Of a stretch of DNA of 64,000 nt, positions 18,872 to 28,500 are shown piece after piece. The translations under genes were made by a program, and so were the position numbers. The number at the start of each line of letters is the position of its first letter. The stretch's first letter is position 1. This stretch comes from Bacteroidia bacterium (lineage in GTDB: Bacteria > Bacteroidota > Bacteroidia > M30B66): positions 2,048,001 through 2,112,000 of the forward strand of contig OZ257142.1 of the NCBI GenBank assembly GCA_965279035.1. Direction: 5' to 3'. The notes under the pieces were generated by a model. It was not told the DNA's origin and did no database searches. It was given only the letters and a program-made list of their open reading frames with translations.

Positions 18872-20089
18872 TTGAAAATTCTCTTTCTATCCTATGATGG
18901 CATGACTGATCCACTTGGACAATCGCAAGTTATCCCATATTTACAGGGATTATCAGCAGCTGGTCACCAGGTTTGGCTTATGAGCTTCGAAAAACCAGAA
19001 CGCTACCTTCAAGGGAAAGAGTTTGTTTCTTCACTTTTAAAATCATCTACTATTCATTGGCTTCCTCAACTATATCGATCAAAACCTCCTGTAATTTCTA
19101 CATTATTGGATGTTCGTACGATGAGAAAAAAAGCCTACGAATGCATTCAGCTTAATCAAATTGATGTTCTGCATTGTAGAAGTTATATTTCTGCTTTAGT
19201 TGGTCAATCGGCTAAAAAGAAATTTGGAACCCGTTTCATATTTGATATGCGCGGATTCTGGGCCGATGAACGCGTGGATGGTGGAATTTGGAATCTGAAA
19301 AATCCGCTCTTTAAAACCATTTACAACTTCTTCAAATCGAAAGAGAAACAATTTCTTCTTCAAGCAGATACTACCGTTTCTCTTACTAAAAATGCTTCTG
19401 CCGAAATTCACTCTTGGAAAGGATTTGAAACTATTCCCATAAAGGTTATTCCCTGTTGTGCCGATTTGACACTTTATAAAAGACCTAGTGATGAAGCAAT
19501 TTTAGCAAAGCGAAAAGAATTGGGAATCTCAAACGATCAATTTGTATTAACCTATTTAGGATCATTAGGAACCTGGTACATGTTGCCCGAAATGATTCTC
19601 TTTTTTAAAGTATTGCTTCAAACAAAACCCAATGCTCGTTTTTTATTTATCACGGGAGATCATCCTCAGATGGTCACAGATGAAGCAAAGCGACAACAAA
19701 TTCCAGAATACCATTTTATCATTCAAAAATCTTCAAGAAATGAAGTGCCTCTTTGGGCTTCTATTGGAAATGCTTCGATCTTTTTTATCAAACCACTCTA
19801 TTCTAAAAAAGCCTCTTCTCCAACAAAAATGGGCGAATTAATGGCTTTAGGCATGCCCATAATTTGTAACAATCGGGTAGGTGATGTGGAAAGCATTCTT
19901 CAAGATGGTGGAAATGGTGTCATTGTGAAAAATTTCACTTCACCAGATTTTGAAACTGCAATCCAGCAATTAAATTCAGTTCTAATTCAAAATCCCGAAA
20001 ATTCTATTCAATGTGCCTATCGTCATTATTCACTTTCTGATGGTATTGATCGATATAATGGAATTTATTCTCAATGGATTTACTCATGA
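18872..20089 (+). CDS. glycosyltransferase family 4
   Basis: DPLGQSQV, HCRSY, FDMRGFWADER, SPTKMGELMALGMPII; TAAATTTG promoter-like element at 18829-18836. Confidence 0.85.
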   Translation: MKILFLSYDGMTDPLGQSQVIPYLQGLSAAGHQVWLMSFEKPERYLQGKEFVSSLLKSSTIHWLPQLYRSKPPVISTLLDVRTMRKKAYECIQLNQIDVLHCRSYISALVGQSAKKKFGTRFIFDMRGFWADERVDGGIWNLKNPLFKTIYNFFKSKEKQFLLQADTTVSLTKNASAEIHSWKGFETIPIKVIPCCADLTLYKRPSDEAILAKRKELGISNDQFVLTYLGSLGTWYMLPEMILFFKVLLQTKPNARFLFITGDHPQMVTDEAKRQQIPEYHFIIQKSSRNEVPLWASIGNASIFFIKPLYSKKASSPTKMGELMALGMPIICNNRVGDVESILQDGGNGVIVKNFTSPDFETAIQQLNSVLIQNPENSIQCAYRHYSLSDGIDRYNGIYSQWIYS

Positions 20090-20553
20090 TGATACGGGTG
20101 ATTATTTAAAATCGTCATGGCTCGATACATCTGTTCTAAAAACAATAATCGAATTAATTGATGCGAAAAAGTCATATCTGACAAGGAAAGTTGATGTGCT
20201 GCTTTTCTATACACCGCTTCTGAAAAACCAAATGCTCCTCCAATAACAAACACCAATTGCTTTTGTCCTTGATTCATTTGTCCTTGAATAAAATCAGCAA
20301 AACCTGTTGATGGATAGGATTTTCCTCTTTCGTCCAATAATATTAAACGATCATCCGGCTTGATTTTACTCAATATCAATTCTCCTTCTTTTAATTTTAA
20401 CTGATCTGCCGATAAAGATGCTGCTTGCTTTAATGAAGGAATTGTTTCAATGGAAAAGGGTAAATAATTTTTTATACGTTGTTCATAAAATTCAATTCCC
20501 TGAACTAGGTAGCCTTGTTGTGTCTTGCCTATTTGCAACAATTTTATTTTCAT
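20080..20553 (-). CDS. rlmH: 23S rRNA (pseudouridine1915-N3)-methyltransferase
   Basis: LLDERGK, FVIGGAFG, SLSDMTFSHQLIRLLFLEQMYRA, HPYHHE. Confidence 0.96.
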   Translation of the reverse strand: MKIKLLQIGKTQQGYLVQGIEFYEQRIKNYLPFSIETIPSLKQAASLSADQLKLKEGELILSKIKPDDRLILLDERGKSYPSTGFADFIQGQMNQGQKQLVFVIGGAFGFSEAVYRKAAHQLSLSDMTFSHQLIRLLFLEQMYRAMTILNNHPYHHE

Positions 20554-20683
20554 TCAACAAATGTATAAAATGAAGATACTCTTGCTTGATCCGAAGTTCC
20601 GAAATACAACTATATTTGCATTCGAAGTCTGCTGTGGATAAGGCGTCTGGCTTAATTATTGATTTTTCTGGCAAAACAATCGC

Positions 20684-21073
20684 ATGAGGTCATTCCTAAT
20701 CATTTTCCTAACAATCACAATGGGTTTCGCTCCATTGTCGGTGGATATAGGAAATGACATTGCAGCAGCCATTCGCGCTGGGAATGCTCGTCAACTTTCA
20801 GGATTTTTTAATAATAATGTCGATCTTACTGTTCTTGGTAAGGAAGAAATGTATTCCAAAGCCCAAGCAGAACAAATCCTTCGCGACTTCTTCCAAAAAA
20901 ATGCTCCGCGTAGTTTCAACTTAAAACACCATTCGAGCAATCCAACTTCTGCTCAATATGGAATTGGTACCTACATCAGCATTCAAAATGCGCGATTCCG
21001 TATTTATTTCCTGATTAAGAAAATTGGAAATCAGTCATTCATACAGCAGTTTAGCATCGAACCCGAAATCTAA
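20684..21073 (+). CDS. DUF4783 domain-containing secreted protein
   Basis: AIRAGNARQLSGFF, YSKAQAEQILRDFF; upstream of nadC; TATATTTG at 20611-20618. Confidence 0.75.
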   Translation: MRSFLIIFLTITMGFAPLSVDIGNDIAAAIRAGNARQLSGFFNNNVDLTVLGKEEMYSKAQAEQILRDFFQKNAPRSFNLKHHSSNPTSAQYGIGTYISIQNARFRIYFLIKKIGNQSFIQQFSIEPEI

Positions 21074-21076
21074 ATC

Positions 21077-21934
21077 ATGACCTTTAGCCAACAACAGGAA
21101 AAGCTCATCGAAGCTCTTATTCTACTTTCATTAGCCGAAGATGTTGGTCCTGGTGATTATACAACCTTAGCTACGGTTCCAACTAACATCACTCAAAAAG
21201 CCAAACTCATAGTAAAAGAGGATGGGATTTTATGTGGAGTTGATATCGCTCGACGTGTGATGAAAGCAGTTGATCCCGAAATGACCATGGAACAACTCTT
21301 AAAAGAGGGTGATTCCATGCAAAAAGGCGATATCGCATTTTACATTACAGGAAAACCCGGTTCCATTTTAACTGCCGAACGTTTATTACTCAATTGCATG
21401 CAGCGAATGAGCGGCATTGCTACGTATACGCGAAAATTGGTCAATCTCATTCAGGATACAAAAGCAACATTAATCGATACACGAAAAACTTCACCTGGAA
21501 TGCGTGTTTTGGAAAAATGGGCTGTTCATACCGGTGGTGGAGGAAATCATCGCATGGGTTTATATGATATGATCATGATCAAGGACAATCACATCGATTT
21601 TGCCGGTGGAATTACTCAAGCCATTGATCGTGTGCATGCTTTCTTGAAAGAAAAAAACCTTTCTCTCCAAATCGAAATTGAAGCCCGATCACTAGAAGAT
21701 GTGAAAACGATTGTTGCTCATGGTGGAGTAAATCGCATCATGCTCGATAATTTCAATCCCTCGCAAATTCGTGAAGCACTTCCAGTCATTCCTTCATCAT
21801 TCGAAATAGAAGCTTCTGGTGGAATCAATGAAACGAACTTGCGCGATTATGCTTTAACAGGTGTTCAATTTATATCCATGGGTGCTTTGACTCACCAAGT
21901 GCGTAGTTTGGACCTAAGTCTAAAAGCCTGCTGA
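21077..21934 (+). CDS. nadC: nicotinate-nucleotide diphosphorylase (carboxylating)
   Basis: AED..GDYT, AERLLLN, DTRKTSPG, NHRMGLYD, IKDNH, MLDNF, EASGGI. Confidence 0.96.
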   Translation: MTFSQQQEKLIEALILLSLAEDVGPGDYTTLATVPTNITQKAKLIVKEDGILCGVDIARRVMKAVDPEMTMEQLLKEGDSMQKGDIAFYITGKPGSILTAERLLLNCMQRMSGIATYTRKLVNLIQDTKATLIDTRKTSPGMRVLEKWAVHTGGGGNHRMGLYDMIMIKDNHIDFAGGITQAIDRVHAFLKEKNLSLQIEIEARSLEDVKTIVAHGGVNRIMLDNFNPSQIREALPVIPSSFEIEASGGINETNLRDYALTGVQFISMGALTHQVRSLDLSLKAC

Positions 21935-22893
21935 TGTTTCGGAAATTCAGACAATGGGTGTATCACTTGCCCATCATTCATGGGTTTTTACGGTTTTTAT
22001 CGCATGTAAGTCTACCCGGATTCAAAGAAATCTCTCTGCTCGATGTGGCGATGCAGTTTAAAATTAGTCTTACAAGCTCTCGAATATCCATGCGGGCTTC
22101 GGCAGTTTCATTCAATTTCTTTTTAGCCATATTCCCAACCATCATTTTCTTATTTACCCTTACTGCCTATCTGCCCATTGCCGATTTTCAAGAACAATTG
22201 CTCAATGCACTTGAAAGAGTCCTTCCCCATAATTCTTTCCTCGCAGTAAGAACTACAATCCTCGATATTATCAGCATCAAGCGCGATGGACTACTTTCCT
22301 TTGGGGCAATTTTAGCCTTGTTTTATGCTACCAATGGAATGAACTCCATCATACAATCTTTCAACGCAAGTATTTTTATCAAAGAATCCCGTCCTGCTTG
22401 GAAAATCCACTTAGTCTCTTTAGCGCTCACCATTATTTTATCGCTCCTTCTTGTACTCGCATTTACACTCATGGTAGTGACCAATTTTGGACTTGATTAT
22501 CTCATCAAACACCACATCATCACCTACGGAATCAACTACAAACTCATTTGGTTGGGGAAATGGTTGATATTTTATTCCCTGTTATTTTTCTCTGTTGCTT
22601 TTCTCTATTACCTCGGTCCATCTAAAAATGCACGCACAGGATTTTTCTCCATTGGTGCACTTGCAACCAGCTTTCTCATTCTCCTTTTATTAATTGGTTT
22701 CTCCTTCTTTGTTGGGAATTTCGGAACGTATAATACAGTCTATGGTTCAGTAGGTGCACTCATTGCCGTGATGGTGTTGATTAACCTCAATGCCATGCTA
22801 TTGCTTTCGGGTTACGAATTCAATGCGGTTGTTTATCATCTTCATCGAAAAAGAAAAGGAAGGAAATCTTCCGATGAAGCGAATCTTTCCTAA
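21934..22893 (+). CDS. YihY/virulence factor BrkB family membrane protein
   Basis: ASAVSFNFFLAIFP, YNTVYGSVGALIAVM, GYEFNA. Confidence 0.9.
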   Translation: MFRKFRQWVYHLPIIHGFLRFLSHVSLPGFKEISLLDVAMQFKISLTSSRISMRASAVSFNFFLAIFPTIIFLFTLTAYLPIADFQEQLLNALERVLPHNSFLAVRTTILDIISIKRDGLLSFGAILALFYATNGMNSIIQSFNASIFIKESRPAWKIHLVSLALTIILSLLLVLAFTLMVVTNFGLDYLIKHHIITYGINYKLIWLGKWLIFYSLLFFSVAFLYYLGPSKNARTGFFSIGALATSFLILLLLIGFSFFVGNFGTYNTVYGSVGALIAVMVLINLNAMLLLSGYEFNAVVYHLHRKRKGRKSSDEANLS

Positions 22894-22926
22894 GCATTCA
22901 CTATTTTTCGCTTAAATTCTTTCTGC

Positions 22927-25900
22927 ATGCGATTACTTCGACTGTGTATTTACTTCTGTGTTTTGACTCCGTCATTACTTCAAAGTCAAAATTCATCCTA
23001 CGATCCAATTCATCCACCCAATACTTATCAAAATTCAGATAACCCGAATTATTGGAAAAATCGCAAACCATTTCCCGGCTACTGGCAGCAAGATGTTCAA
23101 TACACCATCAAAGCCAAAGTCGATGAAAAAACCGATATCGTAACAGCTACCGAAGAACTCATTTATTGGAACAATTCACCCGATACATTGAATTTTGTTT
23201 ACTTCCATTTGTATCAAAATGCATTTCAACCTGGTTCCTATTGTTCAGCTCTTCACGATGCGAATGATTATCCACTTGTATATGGTCCATACGAGAAAGA
23301 GAAACTAGGTACAGTCGTTTCGAATTTAAAAGTAGCTGGACAAGAAGTAAAAACCGAACTCGATAATACTATTCTAAAGGTATTTCTACCACAGCCATTG
23401 TTGCCCAATTCATCGGTCAGCTTTAGCATGGATTTTAAAACCTATTTCGATTATCAAGGAAGCATTCGCCGAAGAATGAAGGAATTCGGATCCTATGGTT
23501 CAAAGCATTATGATGGTGTGCATTGGTATCCGCGAATGGATGTGTATGATCGAAAATTTGGTTGGTGTACCGATCAACATTTGGGGAAAGAATTTTATGG
23601 CGATTTTGGAACCTACGATGTAGAACTAGAATTCTCCGATAACTATGTCATGGAAGCAACCGGTTTCCTGTTAAATAAGGAGGAAGTTTTACCAGCCGAT
23701 TTACGTCAGAAACTTGACATCAAAAATTTCGCTAATAAACCTTGGGAAGAAACACCATCCATCGTCACTCCTTACAATCCCGCCAAGCGGAAAACCTGGA
23801 AGTTTCACGCCGAAAATGTGCACGATTTTGCTTGGACTGCCGATCCTAATTACCGCATAGGTGAAGCACAATGGAATGGAATTCAAATCATCTCTTTGGT
23901 TCAAGAACCTCATGCTGCACGTTGGCAAAATGCGGCTGATTACACAGCCAAAATCATCGAAACATACAGTCGCGATTTTGGAATGTACGTGTATAATAAA
24001 ATGGTCGTTGCCGATGCACGCGATGGAATGGAATATCCCATGCTTACCCTCGATGGTGGAGCCGATCCAAACTACCGTGGATTATTAGCTCATGAAGTTG
24101 GACATAATTGGTTCTTCGGTATGGTAGGAAATAACGAAACATACCGTGCTTCATTAGACGAAGGTTTTACTCAGTTTCTAACCGTTTGGGCACAAGAACA
24201 CATCGACGGGCCATATGCATTCAAAGGAAAATTCGCTAATAAATACGTTGAGAAATACACCAAACCTGAGGAAGTTCGCTATGCTCGCGCCATGTATGGC
24301 TATATACGTGATGCGATTCGCGAAGACGAAACAACACTCAATACGCATTCCGATGATTTCCAAGGTGCAGTTGGTCATGGCGGAGGATATGGAAGTGTGT
24401 ATTATAAAACAGCAAGCATGTTGTTCAATCTTCAATATGTTTTGGGCGATACCTTGTTTTCCAATGCGATGAAGAATTATTTCAACGAATGGAAAATTGC
24501 CCATCCCTATTTTGAAGATTTCCGAAATTCAATCATTCATTACACGCATTCTGATTTAAATTGGTTTTTCGACCAATGGCTTGAAACATCCAAAGTGATT
24601 GATTACAAAGTGAAGCGGGTGAAAAATAAAGGGGATGGTATCTATTCAATCACTTTCAAACGCAAAGGCTCTATGCAAATGCCTATCGATTTCTCGGTCT
24701 TCGATGTGGATGGAAAACGTTACGATTATTACATTCCTAATAATTGGTTCGAAAAGAAAACATCTGCAACACATCTGCCGCGCTGGATTGGTTGGGGTGT
24801 GTTAAATCCAAGCTACACTGCTCAAGTGAAGATCGATGCAAAATTATCCAATGTTGTTATCGACACATCTGGACGATTGGCCGACATCAACCGCCTCGAC
24901 AACGCTCGAAAATTACCCAATATCGTTCGCTTCGATTCGCGTGTTTCGAATACACCCGATTGGCATCAGTATGAATTTAACATTCGCCCTGATCTATGGT
25001 ATAACTTCTACGATGGATTCAAATTCGGTTTCCATATCAACGGTAATTACATGAATTACAAGCATGTTTTTGATGCTACCTTTTGGTTAAATACAGGTTT
25101 ACAAAAAATAAAACCCGGCTTTGATCAGGATTATAGCAGCTTCAATCCATTTTCATTTAAAGTAAACTATACCAATCCAACTGATAAAATCCTCAAAGGT
25201 TCATCCTTCAATGCATCTGTGCGATATCTCGATGGTTTGGCTGCAGCGCAAGTAGGCATGCGTTTTCAAAATCGTAAGAAAAACACCACGTTTTATAGCT
25301 ATTTCAAAAGCATGGTGCGTCCAGATTCATCGGATATTTATTATTTAGTTAATCGCTCAGAGTGGAATCCACGTCGATGGAATAACACACTTAACCTTGG
25401 TTTAGATCATGAGTATTCCTACAAACGAGGTTCAGGGAAAATGAATCTCCACATGCGCACCAGCGGTCCAGGTTCCGATTACGACTATTCTCAATTAAGT
25501 ATGACGGTTGTTAATTATAACCGACTTGGTAAATTCAATTTCAATACACGCTTTTTCGCACAAATTGGAACGGGACAAAATGTAGCACCCGAATCGGCAT
25601 TGTTTCTTGCTGGTGCAAATCCTGAAAGTATGATGGATAATAAATTCACCCGTTCGGTTGGATTCTTTCCGCAAGATTGGAATGGTTTCGGAAATACAAC
25701 AAATCATTTTCAATATGGTGGCGGACTCAATCTACGCGGATATGCTGGATACTTAGCACCATTTCAACGTGCCGATGGAAAAATTGTCCCAGTGTATAAA
25801 GGGAATTCAGGTGCTGCTGTCAATGCTGAATTGGAATTCGATCGACTCTTTCCCATTCGTCCTAAATTCACGCGCAACTGGTTAAAAATAAACACCTATC

Positions 25901-26139
25901 TCTTTGGTGATGCTGGCTTCCTACAATCAAATCTACCGGGCGAAAAAATGGCTTTTGCAAAACCACGCGCCGATGCAGGATTAGGAATCGCTTTCACCAT
26001 TAAGAAATGGGGACCACTAAGTCTCGAAAAGCCAATTACATTCCGTTTCGATATGCCGTTTTTCCTAAGCAGCACACCCAAAGTTTCTCCCGACTATGTG
26101 CAAATGCGCTGGCTTGTAGGAGTAAATCGAGCTTTTTAA
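22927..26139 (+). CDS. M1 family metallopeptidase with a long C-terminal putative beta-barrel region
   Basis: YWQQDVQY, GMEYPM, HEVGHNWF...LDEGF (HEXXH-X18-E), YYKTA; C-terminus ends WLVGVNRAF. Confidence 0.88.
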   Translation: MRLLRLCIYFCVLTPSLLQSQNSSYDPIHPPNTYQNSDNPNYWKNRKPFPGYWQQDVQYTIKAKVDEKTDIVTATEELIYWNNSPDTLNFVYFHLYQNAFQPGSYCSALHDANDYPLVYGPYEKEKLGTVVSNLKVAGQEVKTELDNTILKVFLPQPLLPNSSVSFSMDFKTYFDYQGSIRRRMKEFGSYGSKHYDGVHWYPRMDVYDRKFGWCTDQHLGKEFYGDFGTYDVELEFSDNYVMEATGFLLNKEEVLPADLRQKLDIKNFANKPWEETPSIVTPYNPAKRKTWKFHAENVHDFAWTADPNYRIGEAQWNGIQIISLVQEPHAARWQNAADYTAKIIETYSRDFGMYVYNKMVVADARDGMEYPMLTLDGGADPNYRGLLAHEVGHNWFFGMVGNNETYRASLDEGFTQFLTVWAQEHIDGPYAFKGKFANKYVEKYTKPEEVRYARAMYGYIRDAIREDETTLNTHSDDFQGAVGHGGGYGSVYYKTASMLFNLQYVLGDTLFSNAMKNYFNEWKIAHPYFEDFRNSIIHYTHSDLNWFFDQWLETSKVIDYKVKRVKNKGDGIYSITFKRKGSMQMPIDFSVFDVDGKRYDYYIPNNWFEKKTSATHLPRWIGWGVLNPSYTAQVKIDAKLSNVVIDTSGRLADINRLDNARKLPNIVRFDSRVSNTPDWHQYEFNIRPDLWYNFYDGFKFGFHINGNYMNYKHVFDATFWLNTGLQKIKPGFDQDYSSFNPFSFKVNYTNPTDKILKGSSFNASVRYLDGLAAAQVGMRFQNRKKNTTFYSYFKSMVRPDSSDIYYLVNRSEWNPRRWNNTLNLGLDHEYSYKRGSGKMNLHMRTSGPGSDYDYSQLSMTVVNYNRLGKFNFNTRFFAQIGTGQNVAPESALFLAGANPESMMDNKFTRSVGFFPQDWNGFGNTTNHFQYGGGLNLRGYAGYLAPFQRADGKIVPVYKGNSGAAVNAELEFDRLFPIRPKFTRNWLKINTYLFGDAGFLQSNLPGEKMAFAKPRADAGLGIAFTIKKWGPLSLEKPITFRFDMPFFLSSTPKVSPDYVQMRWLVGVNRAF

Positions 26140-26195
26140 TATTTTTAAATAGATACTCATATATCGTAGCTGTTTCGTTTAAAATTCACTTATAA

Positions 26196-26880
26196 GAACT
26201 TCGCTCTTCCTTTCTTGTATCACGGCAAGAAAGAAAGACGTCGTAGACATTCATGTGAAGATTCAAATGAAAACTAAATCTCGAATTGTCTAAAGTGTTT
26301 ATTGACACTAAAATGCAAACACGAATCAAGCGCATCGGCTTTGTCTGGGCGGCGAGGCAGCGATTCGTCATTCCATAGAAAAATAAAGCAACCAGCACAC
26401 TGGGCGAAAAAAGGCATTGCGCGCTGAAGCATCGTCCAGACTTGAACTTCTTTGCATGCACGCTGAGCTTGTCGAAGCGTGTGTCAAGACAAGAATTACC
26501 ACGTCGTAGACATTCATGTAAAACCTCAAAAGAAAACGAACGTTCAAATTTTCATGAATGTTTATTGACACTAAAATGCAAACACGAATCAAGCGCATCG
26601 GCAATGTCTGGACGGCGAGGCAGCGTTTCGCCATTCCTTAGAAAAATACAACTACCAGCACACTGGGCGAAAAAAGGCCTTTTGCGCGGGGAAGCATCGT
26701 CCAGACTTGAACTTCTTTGCTTCCTTTCTTTGTTTCAAGACATGAAAGGAAGACGTTGTAGACATTCATGTTAAGATCCAAATGAAAACAAGATCTCGAA
26801 TTTCCCAGAATGTTTATTGACACTAAAATGCAAACACGAATCAAGCGCGTCGGCAATGTCTGGGCGGCGAGGCAGCGTTT
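26196..26880. repeat. tandem array of about 2.7 structured non-coding repeats (units start at 26196, 26444, 26709)
   Basis: Blocks ACGTYGTAGACATTCATGT and TGTTTATTGACACTAAAATGCAAACACGAATCAAGCGC occur three times; CCAGCACACTGGGCGAAAAAAGGC and GAAGCATCGTCCAGACTTGAACTTC occur twice. Confidence 0.9.
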
Positions 26881-26901
26881 AACACAAATAAGAAAATTAG
26901 A

Positions 26902-26962
26902 TTGGGGGCATGAACCGGGCTTTACGCGGTGCACGGCACCTTGCTTCAATCCCTTGCCCTAA
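26902..26962 (+). ncRNA. small structured element resembling the Bacteroidota Flavo-1-type RNA motif
   Basis: GGGCA/TGCCC closing stem, CCGGGCTTTACGC ... GCTTCAATCCC internal motif, GGTGC/GCACC hairpin; family assignment from memory only. Confidence 0.4.
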
Positions 26963-26969
26963 CGTTAAA

Positions 26970-28442
26970 CTAGGAATCTTTCTTAAAAAACGGCAACATC
27001 GTTTTCAAATCATCCGCAGCGCGACTGTACCAAATCAAAATTCCGTAAATGATTCCGGCAACAAGACTATGTGAAGCGACATCAGCAATCACATTTCCAA
27101 AAAGAGGAAGTATACTCGAAACTCCATAGCTAATAACAATGGCCAATGCAATAAACAGAGTTCGTTTATCAAATGGTTGCAACTTAAATCGACTATAAAT
27201 AAATAAATACTTAAATAAATTATATGTAAAACTTGCTAAACAGGTTGCCCATGCAGCACCTTCAATTCCAAAACGAGGTATGAAAACATACAGTAAAACA
27301 AGATTTAAAATAGCAACCATAACCAAAGCAATGGCTCCACTACTAAATCGATTGCTATTAAAAATAATGGCTGTATTCGAACCTGTCATTAAATTAAATA
27401 AAGCAGCCAAGCTCAAAATCCCAACAACAGGAACACCTTGATAATAGGTCGATGGCAACCATTTAAATAAATAAGGAGCATTCAATGTAACAAGCAAAAA
27501 CAAAATTCCACCTAATAGAAATAAATACCTCGCCGATTTGTAATAGATATCTTGAATGTTCGCCATATCATTTTTTTCCCAGGCATGCGCTACACGAACA
27601 TTGGCAATTTTATCTAGTGCATTCACAGGTGCTTCAATAAAAGTTGGAATGAAAGAAGCAATACCATAAACACCTACTAATGCCAAAGGAACAAACTGCC
27701 CAAGCACAATAGAATCCAATAGTTTTATAGCCATTGAAGCAATACCAGCAAAGAATACGGTCCAACCATACACCAGCATTTCTTTAATTAGTGGTTTTGT
27801 AATAAATCCCCAATCGGGTTTTAAGGAAATATGACCAACACGAATGGCTTGAATGATTAAGATGACAAGCTGTAAAATAAATGTCCCAACATAGGCTGAA
27901 ACAAATCCACTCAAGTTTATTAATCCCGAAGAATAAATCAGGATAAGAGCAATAAAAAAAACGCGAATGAGCACTTCTTGGCCAAGTGCAGGTAGTAGTG
28001 GACGAAATACTGAAAAGAGATAATTATTAAAAACAGCAATTAAACAAAGAACGATCGACAGTGGAAATACCCAAAAAAAGTAACGAACAAACAAGGCTGA
28101 TTCTTGAATGTATAAACCTACAAATGCATCTTTAAATAAATAGAGTAGGGGCAAACAAAGCAAACAACCAACTAGCGGGAACAATAATAGAAATCCAAGA
28201 AATCCCTTATGGTTCGATGCAGCATCTCGGAATCTTGGGAAAAAGCGTGTCGTAATATTTCCACCACTCATCGGTAAAATGGTCGATACGAGAAACGAAA
28301 AGGAATATAAAACACGTGTCAAACCAATTTCTTCTGGACTTAAAAAAAAAGGCTGCAACACCAACAAACTGAACATCCCTACCACAATACCCGTGTAGGT
28401 GATAACAGTACTTTGGATACCTTGTCGTTGGATTACGCCCAT
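26970..28442 (-). CDS. polysaccharide flippase (Wzx/MOP family)
   Basis: MGVIQRQGIQST, multi-TM, VGVYGIASFI, IPRFGIEGAAWAT. Confidence 0.88.
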   Translation of the reverse strand: MGVIQRQGIQSTVITYTGIVVGMFSLLVLQPFFLSPEEIGLTRVLYSFSFLVSTILPMSGGNITTRFFPRFRDAASNHKGFLGFLLLFPLVGCLLCLPLLYLFKDAFVGLYIQESALFVRYFFWVFPLSIVLCLIAVFNNYLFSVFRPLLPALGQEVLIRVFFIALILIYSSGLINLSGFVSAYVGTFILQLVILIIQAIRVGHISLKPDWGFITKPLIKEMLVYGWTVFFAGIASMAIKLLDSIVLGQFVPLALVGVYGIASFIPTFIEAPVNALDKIANVRVAHAWEKNDMANIQDIYYKSARYLFLLGGILFLLVTLNAPYLFKWLPSTYYQGVPVVGILSLAALFNLMTGSNTAIIFNSNRFSSGAIALVMVAILNLVLLYVFIPRFGIEGAAWATCLASFTYNLFKYLFIYSRFKLQPFDKRTLFIALAIVISYGVSSILPLFGNVIADVASHSLVAGIIYGILIWYSRAADDLKTMLPFFKKDS

Positions 28443-28500
28443 GCTGATGCAAGGTTAGTGAAATTGATGAATTATATATCAAGAACCAACTTTAAGTAAT

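Noticed and set aside
26196-26880. CRISPR array interpretation of the repeats
   Set aside because: The period is about 250-265 bp, the variable segments are homologous to each other rather than unique spacers, and there are no cas genes.
26186-26949. Four short ORFs (91, 88, 110, 103 aa) with repeated peptides such as RLIRVCILVSINI
   Set aside because: They are by-products of the DNA repeat: they overlap on both strands, have inconsistent starts, and the conservation pattern fits base pairing rather than codons.
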